The notes under the pieces were generated by a model that searched no databases, was not told the DNA's origin, and saw nothing but the letters and a program-made list of their open reading frames with translations. Positions 11,064-21,900 of a stretch of 64,000 nt of DNA are shown in pieces. Every line of letters begins with the position of its first letter. Positions within the stretch are counted from its first letter, which is position 1. The stretch comes from a virus, in IMG/VR virus record IMGVR_UViG_3300025132_008118. One strand, written 5' to 3'. Position numbers and translations under genes: made by a program.

Positions 11064-11855
11064 ATGTTAGTATCTCATGAAAGTCCGATTAGTATTTTAG
11101 ATAAATCTAAGTTGTATAATGATTACGATTATGCTCTTGTACATTTATTTGAAACCCAACCCAAGTATTATGACTATTTTAAGAATAGTGTAAAAATAGG
11201 TAGAGAAGTTCTCTTAGATAATAGTATTTTTGAACTTGGTGAATCTTTTGAACCAGGTAAATTTGCTAAATATGTAAAAGAACTTAAACCTTCTTATTAT
11301 ATTGTACCTGATGTTTTAGAAGATGGCTATGCAACTATTAAAAGTTTTCATGAGTTTACTAATAAGTATACCAATCTACCTGGTTTAAAGATAGGAGCAG
11401 TTCAAGGTAAGACATATGATGAAATAGTAGATTGTTATAATTATATGTCAGAAAATGCTGATTATATTGCAATTAGTTTCGACTTTAGCTATTATATTGT
11501 AACCGGTAAAGGTAAATCAAAACTAGAAAGGTGGTGCGATGGTAGACGTAGATTAATAGAACAGTTAAAGAAAGATGGTATTTGGAATAATCAGAAACCT
11601 CATCATCTATTAGGTTGTTCATTTGCTAAAGAGTTTAAAAACTACGTAGGGGATAAAACCATTAGGTCAGTAGATACCTCTAACCCGGTGGTTGCTGGTA
11701 TTAAGGAACTTAGATATACTGGTAATCTAGGATTAAATGAAAAGCCTTCAATTATGTTGGCTGATTTAATTGATCACGAAGTTACAGATACACAGATGGA
11801 AGACATAGAATATAACGTTAACTGTTTTAAAGATATTATTGACCATGGTAATTAG
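11064..11855 (+). CDS. dpdA: DpdA-like TGT-fold 7-deazaguanine transglycosylase/transferase
   Basis: TGT-like motifs LLDNSIFE, YIVPDV, KPHHLLG and VDTSNP; adjacent to queF; DpdA subclass not determinable by eye. Confidence 0.65.
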   Translation: MLVSHESPISILDKSKLYNDYDYALVHLFETQPKYYDYFKNSVKIGREVLLDNSIFELGESFEPGKFAKYVKELKPSYYIVPDVLEDGYATIKSFHEFTNKYTNLPGLKIGAVQGKTYDEIVDCYNYMSENADYIAISFDFSYYIVTGKGKSKLERWCDGRRRLIEQLKKDGIWNNQKPHHLLGCSFAKEFKNYVGDKTIRSVDTSNPVVAGIKELRYTGNLGLNEKPSIMLADLIDHEVTDTQMEDIEYNVNCFKDIIDHGN

Positions 11856-12393
11856 TTTTACGGGAGCTCAAAGTACCGGTAAGTCTACTTTACTTACTAA
11901 ATTGCAAACTGATGAAAGATTTCGTAAGTATAATTTTGTACCGGAAATAACTAGAGGTTTAAAAAAGAAATATAATCTAGATATCAATGAAGATGGTAAT
12001 GAATTTACTCAATTATTAACTGTAAATAGTCACTTATATAATTATTTTGACTTTAAAGGTAAAGATGTGGTATTAGATAGATGTATTTTAGATGGATTGA
12101 TATATACAACATATCAATATCATACAAAAAAAGTAAGTAAAGAAATATATAATTATAGTGAGTATCTCTTTAAGAAATTGATTGGTGAATTGGATATTAT
12201 ACTATATACAGAACCTGATATCCCCTTAGTAGATGATGGAGAGCGTAGCATAGATAAAGAGTTTCGCGATATTATAGTTAACTTATTTGAAGAGGCAATT
12301 AATCATTATAATATTAATGTAATTAGGTTGAGTGGTTCAGTTGATAATCGTATGAAAACAATTTATAATATAGTAGATAATTATGGCAAATAA
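11839..12393 (+). CDS. P-loop nucleotide kinase (NadR/Ttd14 AAA_28-like)
   Basis: ISFTGAQSTGKSTL Walker A, VLDRCILDGLIY, YTEPDIPLVDDGER. Confidence 0.75.
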   Translation: MTMVISFTGAQSTGKSTLLTKLQTDERFRKYNFVPEITRGLKKKYNLDINEDGNEFTQLLTVNSHLYNYFDFKGKDVVLDRCILDGLIYTTYQYHTKKVSKEIYNYSEYLFKKLIGELDIILYTEPDIPLVDDGERSIDKEFRDIIVNLFEEAINHYNINVIRLSGSVDNRMKTIYNIVDNYGK

Positions 12394-13312
12394 AGAATTA
12401 GATAATAGTAGAATTAGTAAGCATTTAGGTCAAACGTCTCAATATAAGAGTGCGTATGATTCTGAGTTGCTTGTAAGAGAACCTCGTAGTAATAATCGAG
12501 TATATTTAAATATATTCGATGATGATTTACCTTTCGTTGGATCTGATACATGGAATGCATATGAATGTTCATTCCTTCTAGATAATGGTCGCCCTGTAAC
12601 AGGCGTTGTGAAGTGTGTATATTCATGCAGTAGTAAATATATCGTTGAAAGTAAGAGTATTAAATTATACTTTAATTCATTTAATATGACTAAAATGGCT
12701 GCTGATAAAGATAAAGCTGTAGTTGCATTCGAAGATACTGCAAGTAAAGATCTAAGTAGATTATTGCAGACTGATGTTCAGGTTAAATTTCAAGATGGTG
12801 ATCGTGTTAATAAGAAATTCGATAGTCCTAATATGGAATGGGATATTGATGATTTTGATAATGTAGATTTACTACAAGATGATAAAGATTTTATATATAC
12901 TCAATATACTGAGGACCCTAGCCTATTAGAAGGTGTTATTCGTGGAAGAGATTTAGAGCAAAAGTTTTATTCAGGTCTATTAAAAAGTAATTGCCGTGTT
13001 ACTTCACAACCAGATTGGGGTGATGTATTTATCTATATTAAATCTAAGACTGCTATTGATGCTCATAGTATTAAGAATTATGTTGTATCATATAGAGATG
13101 AGTGCCATTTTCATGAAGAGATATGTGAATGCTTTTATAAAAGATTAAAAGATGCTTTCGATCCTTCTGAACTATTAGTAATGTGTTTATATGCTCGTAG
13201 AGGTGGTATTGATATTAACCCTGTAAGAGCTTCAAGTAAAGATCTTATCGAAAAGTACGCTGCTAATCTAATTGATCCTGAAGCAGTTCATATTAAAACC
13301 TCTAAGCAATAA
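12383..13312 (+). CDS. queF: NADPH-dependent preQ0 reductase QueF (bimodular, E. coli type)
   Basis: WNAYE, IVESKSIKLYFNSFN, LLKSNCRVTSQPDWG, HFHEEICE, YARRGGIDINP. Confidence 0.93.
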   Translation: MANKELDNSRISKHLGQTSQYKSAYDSELLVREPRSNNRVYLNIFDDDLPFVGSDTWNAYECSFLLDNGRPVTGVVKCVYSCSSKYIVESKSIKLYFNSFNMTKMAADKDKAVVAFEDTASKDLSRLLQTDVQVKFQDGDRVNKKFDSPNMEWDIDDFDNVDLLQDDKDFIYTQYTEDPSLLEGVIRGRDLEQKFYSGLLKSNCRVTSQPDWGDVFIYIKSKTAIDAHSIKNYVVSYRDECHFHEEICECFYKRLKDAFDPSELLVMCLYARRGGIDINPVRASSKDLIEKYAANLIDPEAVHIKTSKQ

Positions 13313-13386
13313 TGGATGTATTTATGACATGGGGTGCAGTGTTATGTATAATATTTTATGCATACTATATAGCATTTTATAATTAA
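13312..13386 (+). CDS. 24-aa hydrophobic micropeptide (not in ORF track)
   Basis: MDVFMTWGAVLCIIFYAYYIAFYN*; ATG overlaps the queF stop (TAATG). Confidence 0.4.
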   Translation: MDVFMTWGAVLCIIFYAYYIAFYN

Positions 13387-13422
13387 ACAAAAAGAGACCT
13401 GGCTCGTAATGAACCAGGTCTC
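13385..13422 (-). terminator. Intrinsic terminator downstream of gp23
   Basis: GAGACCTGG...CCAGGTCTC stem followed by TTTTTGTTT on the minus strand. Confidence 0.8.
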
Positions 13423-13447
13423 AAGCTGTTTGTATCTTATATTAAGA

Positions 13448-14935
13448 TTAGCCGAAGTACACCGAGTTAGTACCTGGTGTGAACGCTTCGCCGAGTGACT
13501 TAACAATGATAACGTGGTAGTAGAGATTTGCTCCGAAGATATTGTCTACGACACCATAACGGGTAAGCAAGCCTACACGTGGCGCGAAGTCATTAGGACC
13601 AATTGTTCTCTGAACCATAACTGGAATGTATGGGCAGTAGATGATACCAGTGTCATAAAACTCTGGACCCTTGTAACCAAGTAATGCATATTCAGGAGCA
13701 TCATTCGCAGAGGTTGTAAGACTGTTACCAATCGTTTGACCTTCTGTGCGAGTATCTCTATATACATTAAAACGACCACCAAGATTACCGATCTTTGCAA
13801 CGCCTACAGGTTGTGTATTGACATTACCTTGGACTGGTACCCACTGGAATTCAGGGAGCATTTCCAAGATAGCGCAAACACGAGGTGTTGCAACGATGAA
13901 GTTAGCTGCACCACGGCGATTTCTCACTGCGATACGGTTAGCTTCTACGATTAATCTTTGATAGAAGTCGCGGTTACGTTCTACTAGCCAACGGCCATCT
14001 GCAGAAGCAGGGCTCCATGTAGAGTACCCAACTCCGGTACCTGCATTAAGAGCAACCTGAATCATTCTCATAAGCATTTCACGGTCGATTTCGGCCTGAA
14101 TTTCATACGACATAGCGTTTGTCAATTCAGTATCGATATCGATACCATTCATATTCTTAAGATCCTGTTCAAGTTCAACTGACCAACGTGCGCCTAAGCG
14201 ACGTGTACCAGCTTCAACTGCTGTCTTTTCGAAAGAAACTTCCATAGTAGGGATATTACCCGTTACTTCGAAGTTTCTAAGAAGAGCAGCTACACCATCA
14301 TCTTTCGCGTTAAAAGCGAAGTCTGTGTTACCAGAAAGGTAACCAGCAGATGTACCGGTGTAATTAGTATAAAGCTCTTGGTAACCAGCTTCTGCATTCG
14401 CAGCAGTTGCTAATGCATTAACCTGGCCAGATGGAGAGTTACCAGCTGCTGACTTACCATCGATGCCATCACCAAGTGTTTCACCTGAGTAACGATAACG
14501 AAGAGCAAATGCAAGGCCAACTGGACCCGCCATTGGTTGAACACCAACGATTTCATTTGTAATTAACTCGGGAAAAGTACGACGAATCATTGGGATAAGA
14601 ATCTTTGGAAGACGGAAGTCATTCGTAGCATATGTGTCCGAACCAGGTGTACCGCTAGCAACGGAACCAGCACCGATAGATGCAGCACCACCAAGTGATC
14701 CATCTCTACCAGCTAAGTTACCATTAATGCCTGTACTACCATAGTTAGGTCCAGCTTCTTTCAAACACCATGTTTCTTGATTTTCAAGAAGCATTGCAGT
14801 GTTTAAACGAGTATGACTATCTTCAATCGCTGCAACACTCTTTGAAGTGTAATCCAGAACTGGAGCCCACTTTTCAAGTAGTTGCGACGCACGATTCTCA
14901 TCGATATAAGCCTGTGAAGGGCGTATTGAATTCAT
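13448..14935 (-). CDS. gp23: Major capsid protein, T4 gp23-like
   Basis: LLEKWAPVLD, IVGVQPMAGPVGLAFALRY, RRLGARWSVELEQDLK, YCPYIP motifs. Confidence 0.97.
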   Translation of the reverse strand: MNSIRPSQAYIDENRASQLLEKWAPVLDYTSKSVAAIEDSHTRLNTAMLLENQETWCLKEAGPNYGSTGINGNLAGRDGSLGGAASIGAGSVASGTPGSDTYATNDFRLPKILIPMIRRTFPELITNEIVGVQPMAGPVGLAFALRYRYSGETLGDGIDGKSAAGNSPSGQVNALATAANAEAGYQELYTNYTGTSAGYLSGNTDFAFNAKDDGVAALLRNFEVTGNIPTMEVSFEKTAVEAGTRRLGARWSVELEQDLKNMNGIDIDTELTNAMSYEIQAEIDREMLMRMIQVALNAGTGVGYSTWSPASADGRWLVERNRDFYQRLIVEANRIAVRNRRGAANFIVATPRVCAILEMLPEFQWVPVQGNVNTQPVGVAKIGNLGGRFNVYRDTRTEGQTIGNSLTTSANDAPEYALLGYKGPEFYDTGIIYCPYIPVMVQRTIGPNDFAPRVGLLTRYGVVDNIFGANLYYHVIIVKSLGEAFTPGTNSVYFG

Positions 14936-15017
14936 AATTTGTATTTTTCCTTTATATTCGACCCCAAGGTTTTAAAAAACCAGGAAACTCAGGAATACCT
15001 AAACAATATAGGAAATT

Positions 15018-15881
15018 CTAGTACTTAGATAGTTCGTCCATATATGGGCTATTTACACTTTCACTAACAATCTCTTGTGTAGTGTCTTCGTAAATGACCC
15101 TATCGACATCTTCTCTGGTACTTAAAGCTTCTTCTTTCAAAGTCTCGAGTCTATTGCTTTCTTTCTTTTTGAAGAGCTTCAATGTATAATCAAAGTTTTC
15201 AGCAATGAACTCAGCGTCCTTACCTTTTAATACTTTGTTTATAAATTGCTTAGATCTTTTATCAAGACCAACCGTTTTTTGTTCAAGTACTAAACCAGCT
15301 TTAACTGTATCTAATTCTTCTTTTAAAACTGCATTTTCTTCTGCAACAGACTCAAGCTTCTTTGAAGCTTCATTTATTTGATTATGACCGTCCATAACGG
15401 CCTCTTTAATGCTTTCTTTTTCTAAAGCACTATCAACTGCTAGATGGCTTCTTAAGCCTTCTAAAATTTTCTTAGCTTTTGTATTCTTTACTGCTTCTTG
15501 TACACTTTCAACTGGAACTGTTTCTTCCAGATAAACATCTAAATAATCAGAAATACTTTCAACTAATTGTGTTTGGAAACCTTCTGCTTCTTCATTTAAA
15601 GCACTTTCATACTTCTCAATAACTATTTTTAATTTATCAGCTCTATCACTATCAATAGCTTCTACAACTCTCTTAAGTTTATTAGAATGATCTTCATCGA
15701 TTTTTACTACTAATTCGTTAAGCTTTTCAGTATATAGTTCGTCTTGTTCATTGAGAGCGTTTTCTACGTGTATCTCAACCTTGTCGTTAAGCTTTTGTTC
15801 AAAGACGTTTTCGATTTCAGATAACACTTCTTCATTAAGTGCTCCGTTAGTTGCTTCAGATAAAATTTGTTTAATGTCCAT
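15018..15881 (-). CDS. gp22: Prohead core scaffolding protein, gp22-like
   Basis: Acidic coiled-coil protein between gp21 and gp23. Confidence 0.85.
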   Translation of the reverse strand: MDIKQILSEATNGALNEEVLSEIENVFEQKLNDKVEIHVENALNEQDELYTEKLNELVVKIDEDHSNKLKRVVEAIDSDRADKLKIVIEKYESALNEEAEGFQTQLVESISDYLDVYLEETVPVESVQEAVKNTKAKKILEGLRSHLAVDSALEKESIKEAVMDGHNQINEASKKLESVAEENAVLKEELDTVKAGLVLEQKTVGLDKRSKQFINKVLKGKDAEFIAENFDYTLKLFKKKESNRLETLKEEALSTREDVDRVIYEDTTQEIVSESVNSPYMDELSKY

Positions 15882-15883
15882 AA

Positions 15884-16027
15884 TTAGAATATATTTATAT
15901 TATTATTTAATATCTTTTGTTCCATTTTCTTGTTAATAGTGTTAGATAAATCAGTGCTAGCTTTTTTATAGTTACGATTCATTACGTTACTAATAAAATT
16001 TTTTAAATTTGTTTTAACTTCTTTCAT
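15884..16027 (-). CDS. 47-aa small protein, possible prohead core component (not in ORF track)
   Basis: MKEVKTNLKNFISNVMNRNYKKASTDLSNTINKKMEQKILNNNINIF* fills the gp21-gp22 gap. Confidence 0.55.
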   Translation of the reverse strand: MKEVKTNLKNFISNVMNRNYKKASTDLSNTINKKMEQKILNNNINIF

Positions 16028-16032
16028 ATTTA

Positions 16033-16701
16033 TTAAAGGGTTTTTAGGAATTTAATGATATTATCTTTTAAAAATTGATCTTTATTCTTTAAAGGCATAG
16101 TAGAAATATTATTTTCAAAGTTATCATACATTTCTTCGAACTGTCCATATTTATTTACTACATATTGCTTACTTTCCAAGATGCCATTTACAAAAGCTTT
16201 TGGAAAAGATGGGTCTGCTACACAATCAATAGCTACTAATTTAAAATCTTTAACTCTATTAATACCATCTGAGCCTGATTCTGGTATAAGTTGACCAAGA
16301 GCTCTTGAACTCATACCAACTCTTACACCATCATTAATAAGACTCCTGACGATTAAACCTGTTGGTGTTGATAATACTTTACTTTTACCGTAGAATACAT
16401 TACCATCCTGAGACATTTCAGTTACTAAATGACAAGCTCTCTCAAGATCAACATCAGCTGTAGTAGGGTGATTTAATTCTCCCATTGCTCTACCTGTCTT
16501 AACCATTAAATTCTCATAACGTTTCGTTTCACGAACCATTTCATCTAATGGGTATATTCTCTTGTTTCGATTAACTCCTTCGGCCATCATATATGGACCT
16601 TTAATAAAGAAATTTTGTTTGTCTTTTGAATTACCCTCTTCGACGATATACTCGAATTCCTCCTTCGGAGCTGGGGTTTCTACTATAAGGTTTAAACTCA
16701 T
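16033..16701 (-). CDS. gp21: Prohead protease, gp21-like
   Basis: GVNRNKRIYP, MGELNHP, GMSSRALG, DCVADPS; start revised to 16701 (5 nt after TAAATA). Confidence 0.95.
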   Translation of the reverse strand: MSLNLIVETPAPKEEFEYIVEEGNSKDKQNFFIKGPYMMAEGVNRNKRIYPLDEMVRETKRYENLMVKTGRAMGELNHPTTADVDLERACHLVTEMSQDGNVFYGKSKVLSTPTGLIVRSLINDGVRVGMSSRALGQLIPESGSDGINRVKDFKLVAIDCVADPSFPKAFVNGILESKQYVVNKYGQFEEMYDNFENNISTMPLKNKDQFLKDNIIKFLKTL

Positions 16702-16729
16702 ATAATTATTTATCAAATAGTTAACATTT

Positions 16730-17038
16730 TTATACTATTATTTCTTCTCCTGGCTTTTTACCAGTTAAAAGTGTATAATATGGCCCGTAAATATCTTCTT
16801 CATAATTTTCAATATCAAGACCATAATCATTACAACAATCAGATAAACTATCAAACCAAGTCCAGCCGCTAACTGGGTAAGTATATGATTCATGATTAGC
16901 TCTTAACAGAGTATTACCGTCTGGAAATTTTATTACTTTTTTAGCATGAAATAGCATTATTCTCCCTGTCCTAGTACTAGGACCATCTTTCATATAAAAA
17001 CCTTCAAAGGTGCTTGGACTAATAGTTTCTGTACTCAT
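16730..17038 (-). CDS. Hypothetical protein
   Basis: Intact 102-aa ORF (YTYPVSGWTWFD) downstream of the LRR gene. Confidence 0.6.
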   Translation of the reverse strand: MSTETISPSTFEGFYMKDGPSTRTGRIMLFHAKKVIKFPDGNTLLRANHESYTYPVSGWTWFDSLSDCCNDYGLDIENYEEDIYGPYYTLLTGKKPGEEIIV

Positions 17039-17053
17039 GACAATATATATAAA

Positions 17054-18919
17054 TTAATGCGTTACAGTCCAGCCTTTATCCGTTGCAATAGCTTCAACTT
17101 CTGCTGGTATATTATCAGCATAATCATTGTTAGTTAAAGTTATAGTAAATGAACCTGTTTTTAAATATCTAAATACATTTTCTATATTTTGGTGATCAAG
17201 TGGAAAGTATCTTAAACTAATACTTTGACTAAAACCTGTTTCATCAGATGATAACCCTGGAAATTCAAAATTAGCAATATTATAAGCGTTACTAAACGTA
17301 CCAGAATAATCACCACTATCATTTGCAGCATTAAAAGGCAACCCGGTTATTTTACTTAGCATATAATTTTGATAAAACATTTGATAGTACTCACCATTTC
17401 CAAATGTTTCGTCAACTGCAAAACCTGAAAATGTTACAGTTTTTAAACTTCTATTAGCAAAAAACATTCTATATATAGCGTTATTATTAGTCATTGTATT
17501 TGGACTAAATTTTAGTATTGGGTATTCCTTTATACAATAATTACCATTAAAGCCGTCTTGTAAATCTATTAAATTATCAAAATCAAAATAACCCTTTTCA
17601 TAATATTCAGGAGCAAAAAATTGAGCTCCACGACCATGTCTCGTAAAACCAACACCATAGCTACCACTATCTGTTTGATTATTTATTACATCTAATTCTA
17701 CCCCTACATATGGTAATATTTGTTGTGTCTCGCGCATACCCTGATACATATAACCCCTACAGTTAATAGAACGTGGTTGTTTAGCAGATGAATCCATGTC
17801 TTGTAAGTTCCAATCTCCAAAACTTTCTAAACGTACAGCATTATAAAGCATCAAATATAATTGCTCTGAAGAAGAAGTAGTTATATTATTAGCTCTAAAA
17901 TTTTTAGGAAGTCGTTTTAAATACTGGCAATCTTGAAACATTGACCTAACATGTATATGACTACCGGATGTCCTGCAAGGTAATTCTGGTATATAACATA
18001 ATTTGTAATTATACCTAAACATAAACCTATAATCTGTCACATTGGCTAATTCTGCCTGCGTACCTTGTTTAGTAAATATACCTTCGGGTAAATACTCTAA
18101 TTTATGGCAGCTATCAAAACAATAATACATGCTATTAGAATTCCAAAACCAATACCTATCCGGATCAGCAAAATCATCTGGTAAAAATCTTAGTTCACTA
18201 CAATATCTAAATGCTTCAGAGTGAGATTCAGTGGTATCTACATGCATATAAGGTACATGTACAATTTCTTGTAATGACTGCATACCGCTCCATATTCCGT
18301 TCTGCGGGGTAGTTAATCTATTACTTGTTGTATTATATAAGGCAACTCTTTCGCACATCTTATGTGGTCTAGAATTACCACCGATATCATAATTTGTAGC
18401 GTTACCGCTACTTATTTCCATATCTAGAATATTAGAATTATTTCTAGCAGATTCACTTATTATACCACCAGAAAACGGGCCGTCGATATCTGTTACAACC
18501 GCTGAAAATTTATTATTACTATCTGTAGGGTAACCTGATAGAACTACTTGTCTGTAACCTCTAAACTCACTTGATGCAGGTAAGTTATCATAATTATAAA
18601 CGTGAAAGTGGTCAGTATTTTGAGCTAAGTTTTCAATAGTACCATCACCCCAATCAACTGTAAATGTACCGCTATTAGTGACATCACAATGTATAGCAAC
18701 ATTATTAATAGCAGATATGGACGGTGCACCTGTTATTTGATTTGCTAAATATGTTTGATTACCTGGATTTGGTAAAACTGCAACTAAGAATGTAAACATT
18801 TCTGTTACCCCTGGTTCAGGAATAACTGCTAAATCTAAAAACTCAGTAGGCCTCGTATAATAAAAATTAGCAAGGTTGGATGTTGATAACGGTGCTGGTC
18901 CTAATGTTCTTCCTATCAT
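17054..18919 (-). CDS. PKD-like plus BspA/DUF285-type leucine-rich-repeat virion-associated protein
   Basis: VDWGDGT motif; repeats like MFxxCxxLxxLP (AFRYCSELRFLP, CFDSCHKLEYLP, MFQDCQYLKRLP). Confidence 0.65.
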   Translation of the reverse strand: MIGRTLGPAPLSTSNLANFYYTRPTEFLDLAVIPEPGVTEMFTFLVAVLPNPGNQTYLANQITGAPSISAINNVAIHCDVTNSGTFTVDWGDGTIENLAQNTDHFHVYNYDNLPASSEFRGYRQVVLSGYPTDSNNKFSAVVTDIDGPFSGGIISESARNNSNILDMEISSGNATNYDIGGNSRPHKMCERVALYNTTSNRLTTPQNGIWSGMQSLQEIVHVPYMHVDTTESHSEAFRYCSELRFLPDDFADPDRYWFWNSNSMYYCFDSCHKLEYLPEGIFTKQGTQAELANVTDYRFMFRYNYKLCYIPELPCRTSGSHIHVRSMFQDCQYLKRLPKNFRANNITTSSSEQLYLMLYNAVRLESFGDWNLQDMDSSAKQPRSINCRGYMYQGMRETQQILPYVGVELDVINNQTDSGSYGVGFTRHGRGAQFFAPEYYEKGYFDFDNLIDLQDGFNGNYCIKEYPILKFSPNTMTNNNAIYRMFFANRSLKTVTFSGFAVDETFGNGEYYQMFYQNYMLSKITGLPFNAANDSGDYSGTFSNAYNIANFEFPGLSSDETGFSQSISLRYFPLDHQNIENVFRYLKTGSFTITLTNNDYADNIPAEVEAIATDKGWTVTH

Positions 18920-21900
18920 TGTAAATTACCTCCTAAAAATGCAATAGTTTCATTTTTATAAAAAATATCTGCTTGTGCATATATAATGCTCATTTGATTT
19001 CTATCTTGATAACTATATAACCCGCTTAAACCTGTACCTGTGCTGAATACAACCGGAGACGCTCCTGCTTCCTTGATATATCTTGCAGAATATCCAGATA
19101 TCTGAGGGGTAAACGTTACGTTAATAGTACCACTAGTAGTATCTAATAATAATGTTCTACCATTATCTGATAACGACGGTGTAAATGATGCAGCACAAGT
19201 TATAATTGAACCACCACCGACTCTAACCCCATCTAAAGAAGTTATTGAACAACTATTAATTACACCTGGAGTGCTTAAATTATTAACAAACGTTGTACAA
19301 GCGGCATTAGATGATAAACTGGTACCTATAATAAAGGAACTATTATGGTCTGAATTTATACGATTACTAGCCCCTCCTAAAATAGAACCAAATGAACTGT
19401 AATTATTATTATAACAACCACCAACTACTGATGATGTTGTACCGAATGTGCGATTAAAACAACCACCAACGATAACTGCTGCAGAGCCGGCCGCTGTATT
19501 ACTAAATCCACCCCCGATAAAATCTTCTGAACTTAATGCTAAATTTTTAACACCACCAACGATAACTGAAGCTGTACCTATAGTTCTATTACCTTTATAT
19601 TGACCACCACCACCAACGATAACTGAACATGCTCCACATGCGTAATTACTTTGACCTCCGACTACAATAGCGTTATTTGCTTCAGTTCTATTTGCATTTC
19701 CATTACCTATAAAAGAAATGTGACCCCTTGCATGATTACCGACACCGCCACCTACAAATGAGTAGTCACCACATGCATAATTATAATACCCACCAACTAC
19801 ACTACTATGTACACACTTAGCTAAAGAAGAAGAACCGCCACCTACAAATGATTTAACTCCGCAAGCTTGATTATTTTGACCGCTACCTATAAAAGAACGA
19901 GAACCTATAGCTCTGTTAGTATATCCGCCACCTACAAATGAATGTGTTCCACATGATCTATTATAATACCCACCACCTACAAATGAACAAGCACCAGTAG
20001 CGCAGTTCTTCTTACCACCAACAATAGATGTATATATACCGCACGATTTATTATAACCGCCTCCAACCATAGTTGAACAAGCAGAAAGAGCTTGATTGCA
20101 TTTACCACCACCGGTAAATGCTGCGGCACAATGCGCTATATTACGGAAGCCACCACCAACAACAGAATAAGTACCAAGAGTTTGATTTCGGTAGCCGCTA
20201 CCTATATTACTATAACTACCAATAGCGCAGTTATAACGACCGCTTCCAACAAACGTACCACCACCGCCGGCACAATTTCTATAACCTCCACCTGCTACAG
20301 AACCAAAACCAGTAGCTGAAAGGCCATTGCCAGTTATAACAGACGCACATACACCGGTGACTTTATTATTTATACCGCCGCCGATAAACGATGCTGCTCC
20401 AGTGTTTATACTATTGATACCACTTGTAATCTTTGTTGCTGATAATCCATCTACAAATAAACTATTAGTAGTTGTATTACCTTGAGTTGTAACTTGTTGT
20501 AATGTAGGCGTTGAAGGGGTAGGTACCGATGTACATACTGCTAAGCCTCCTGAAAATACATTATTAGCGGATAAATCTCCACTTGCTGATATATTACCTG
20601 AAACAGTTAATAGTTCAGTTGGTGATGTAGCTCCTATACCGACATTACCTGTTTCAGTTATACAAACTCTAGTTGAGTTATTAGTTAAAAGTCTTAAGGG
20701 TTGCGAGTCGCATGTACCTATATGGAATGTCTTTACAGTAGATTTCATACAAACGCCACCAGCATCTAAATCAAAATCTATATTTGACGTTCCTCTACTA
20801 ATTCGTGCGTACTTTCCGGAAAAGCCAGAATAACTAATATCTAACTTAGCTTCTGGCGATGTAGTACCTATACCAACTGCATCCGCAAAATGACCTGCTG
20901 AAGAAGCAATTGTATTAGTTGCTGATATGTTACCTGAAACCGTTAATACTTCAGTAGGTGATGTAGTATTTATACCGACTTTACCAGCAGTATCTACAGT
21001 CATAGCTTCTATACTACAGTTAAAAATTCCTAATTTTGTATGGTCGCTTCCACCACTTTGATCCATACCTTTACTATTTCCTCGTACACCTCTTAAACCT
21101 AAACTTTGACCAGCTCGAACTGATTTACCGTTAAAACAAACATCATTACTATCTATAGTTATTATTTCATTAGCATCTGTATCTACAATATTACCACCAA
21201 GTTCTAAATTACCGGTTGAGATTATTTTAGTACCTTTTATATCTGCTGCAGATAAATTACCACTAGCTGATATGTTACCTGCAACAGTTAATTTTTCAGT
21301 ACCACCTGTCGTACCTATATTAACCTTACCTGTAGGTATTCTAAGTTCATGTGAAGCATTACCACATAACATTGTTATATGATTTGAAAGACTACCTAAA
21401 ATTAAACATTGGTTACCTATTATTGGGTGAATACAAAAAGCACCACCTGTTTGTATTAGTTGTGTTCTTTTTCCTGAACTATTACTACCATGTATTGTGA
21501 TACACTGATTTTCATTTTCATTAGGAAAACCTACATCTAAATCACCAGCAATAATTACATTATCGGTAAATTTTGCATCTATACCATCTGTAGATAAAGC
21601 AGGTGTAGTTAAACTACCACTAGATATATTACCACTAGCTGATAAATTACCTGTAACGTTAAAACCTGATAATTCAAATCCTATATCTAAATTAGTAGCA
21701 GATAAAATATTTGTAGCAAGTATAGTATCAGCAATAATCGTATTGTTACTACTAATTAAATTTGTAGTGGTATTACCATTATTAGTTACATCTTGTAAAT
21801 TAATTGAAGTATCTGAATTAAAAATATCAATTAAGTTAGTTCCCCCAGATAATATATTACCATTAACGTTTAGAGTACCGTCCATTGTACCACCAGCAGC

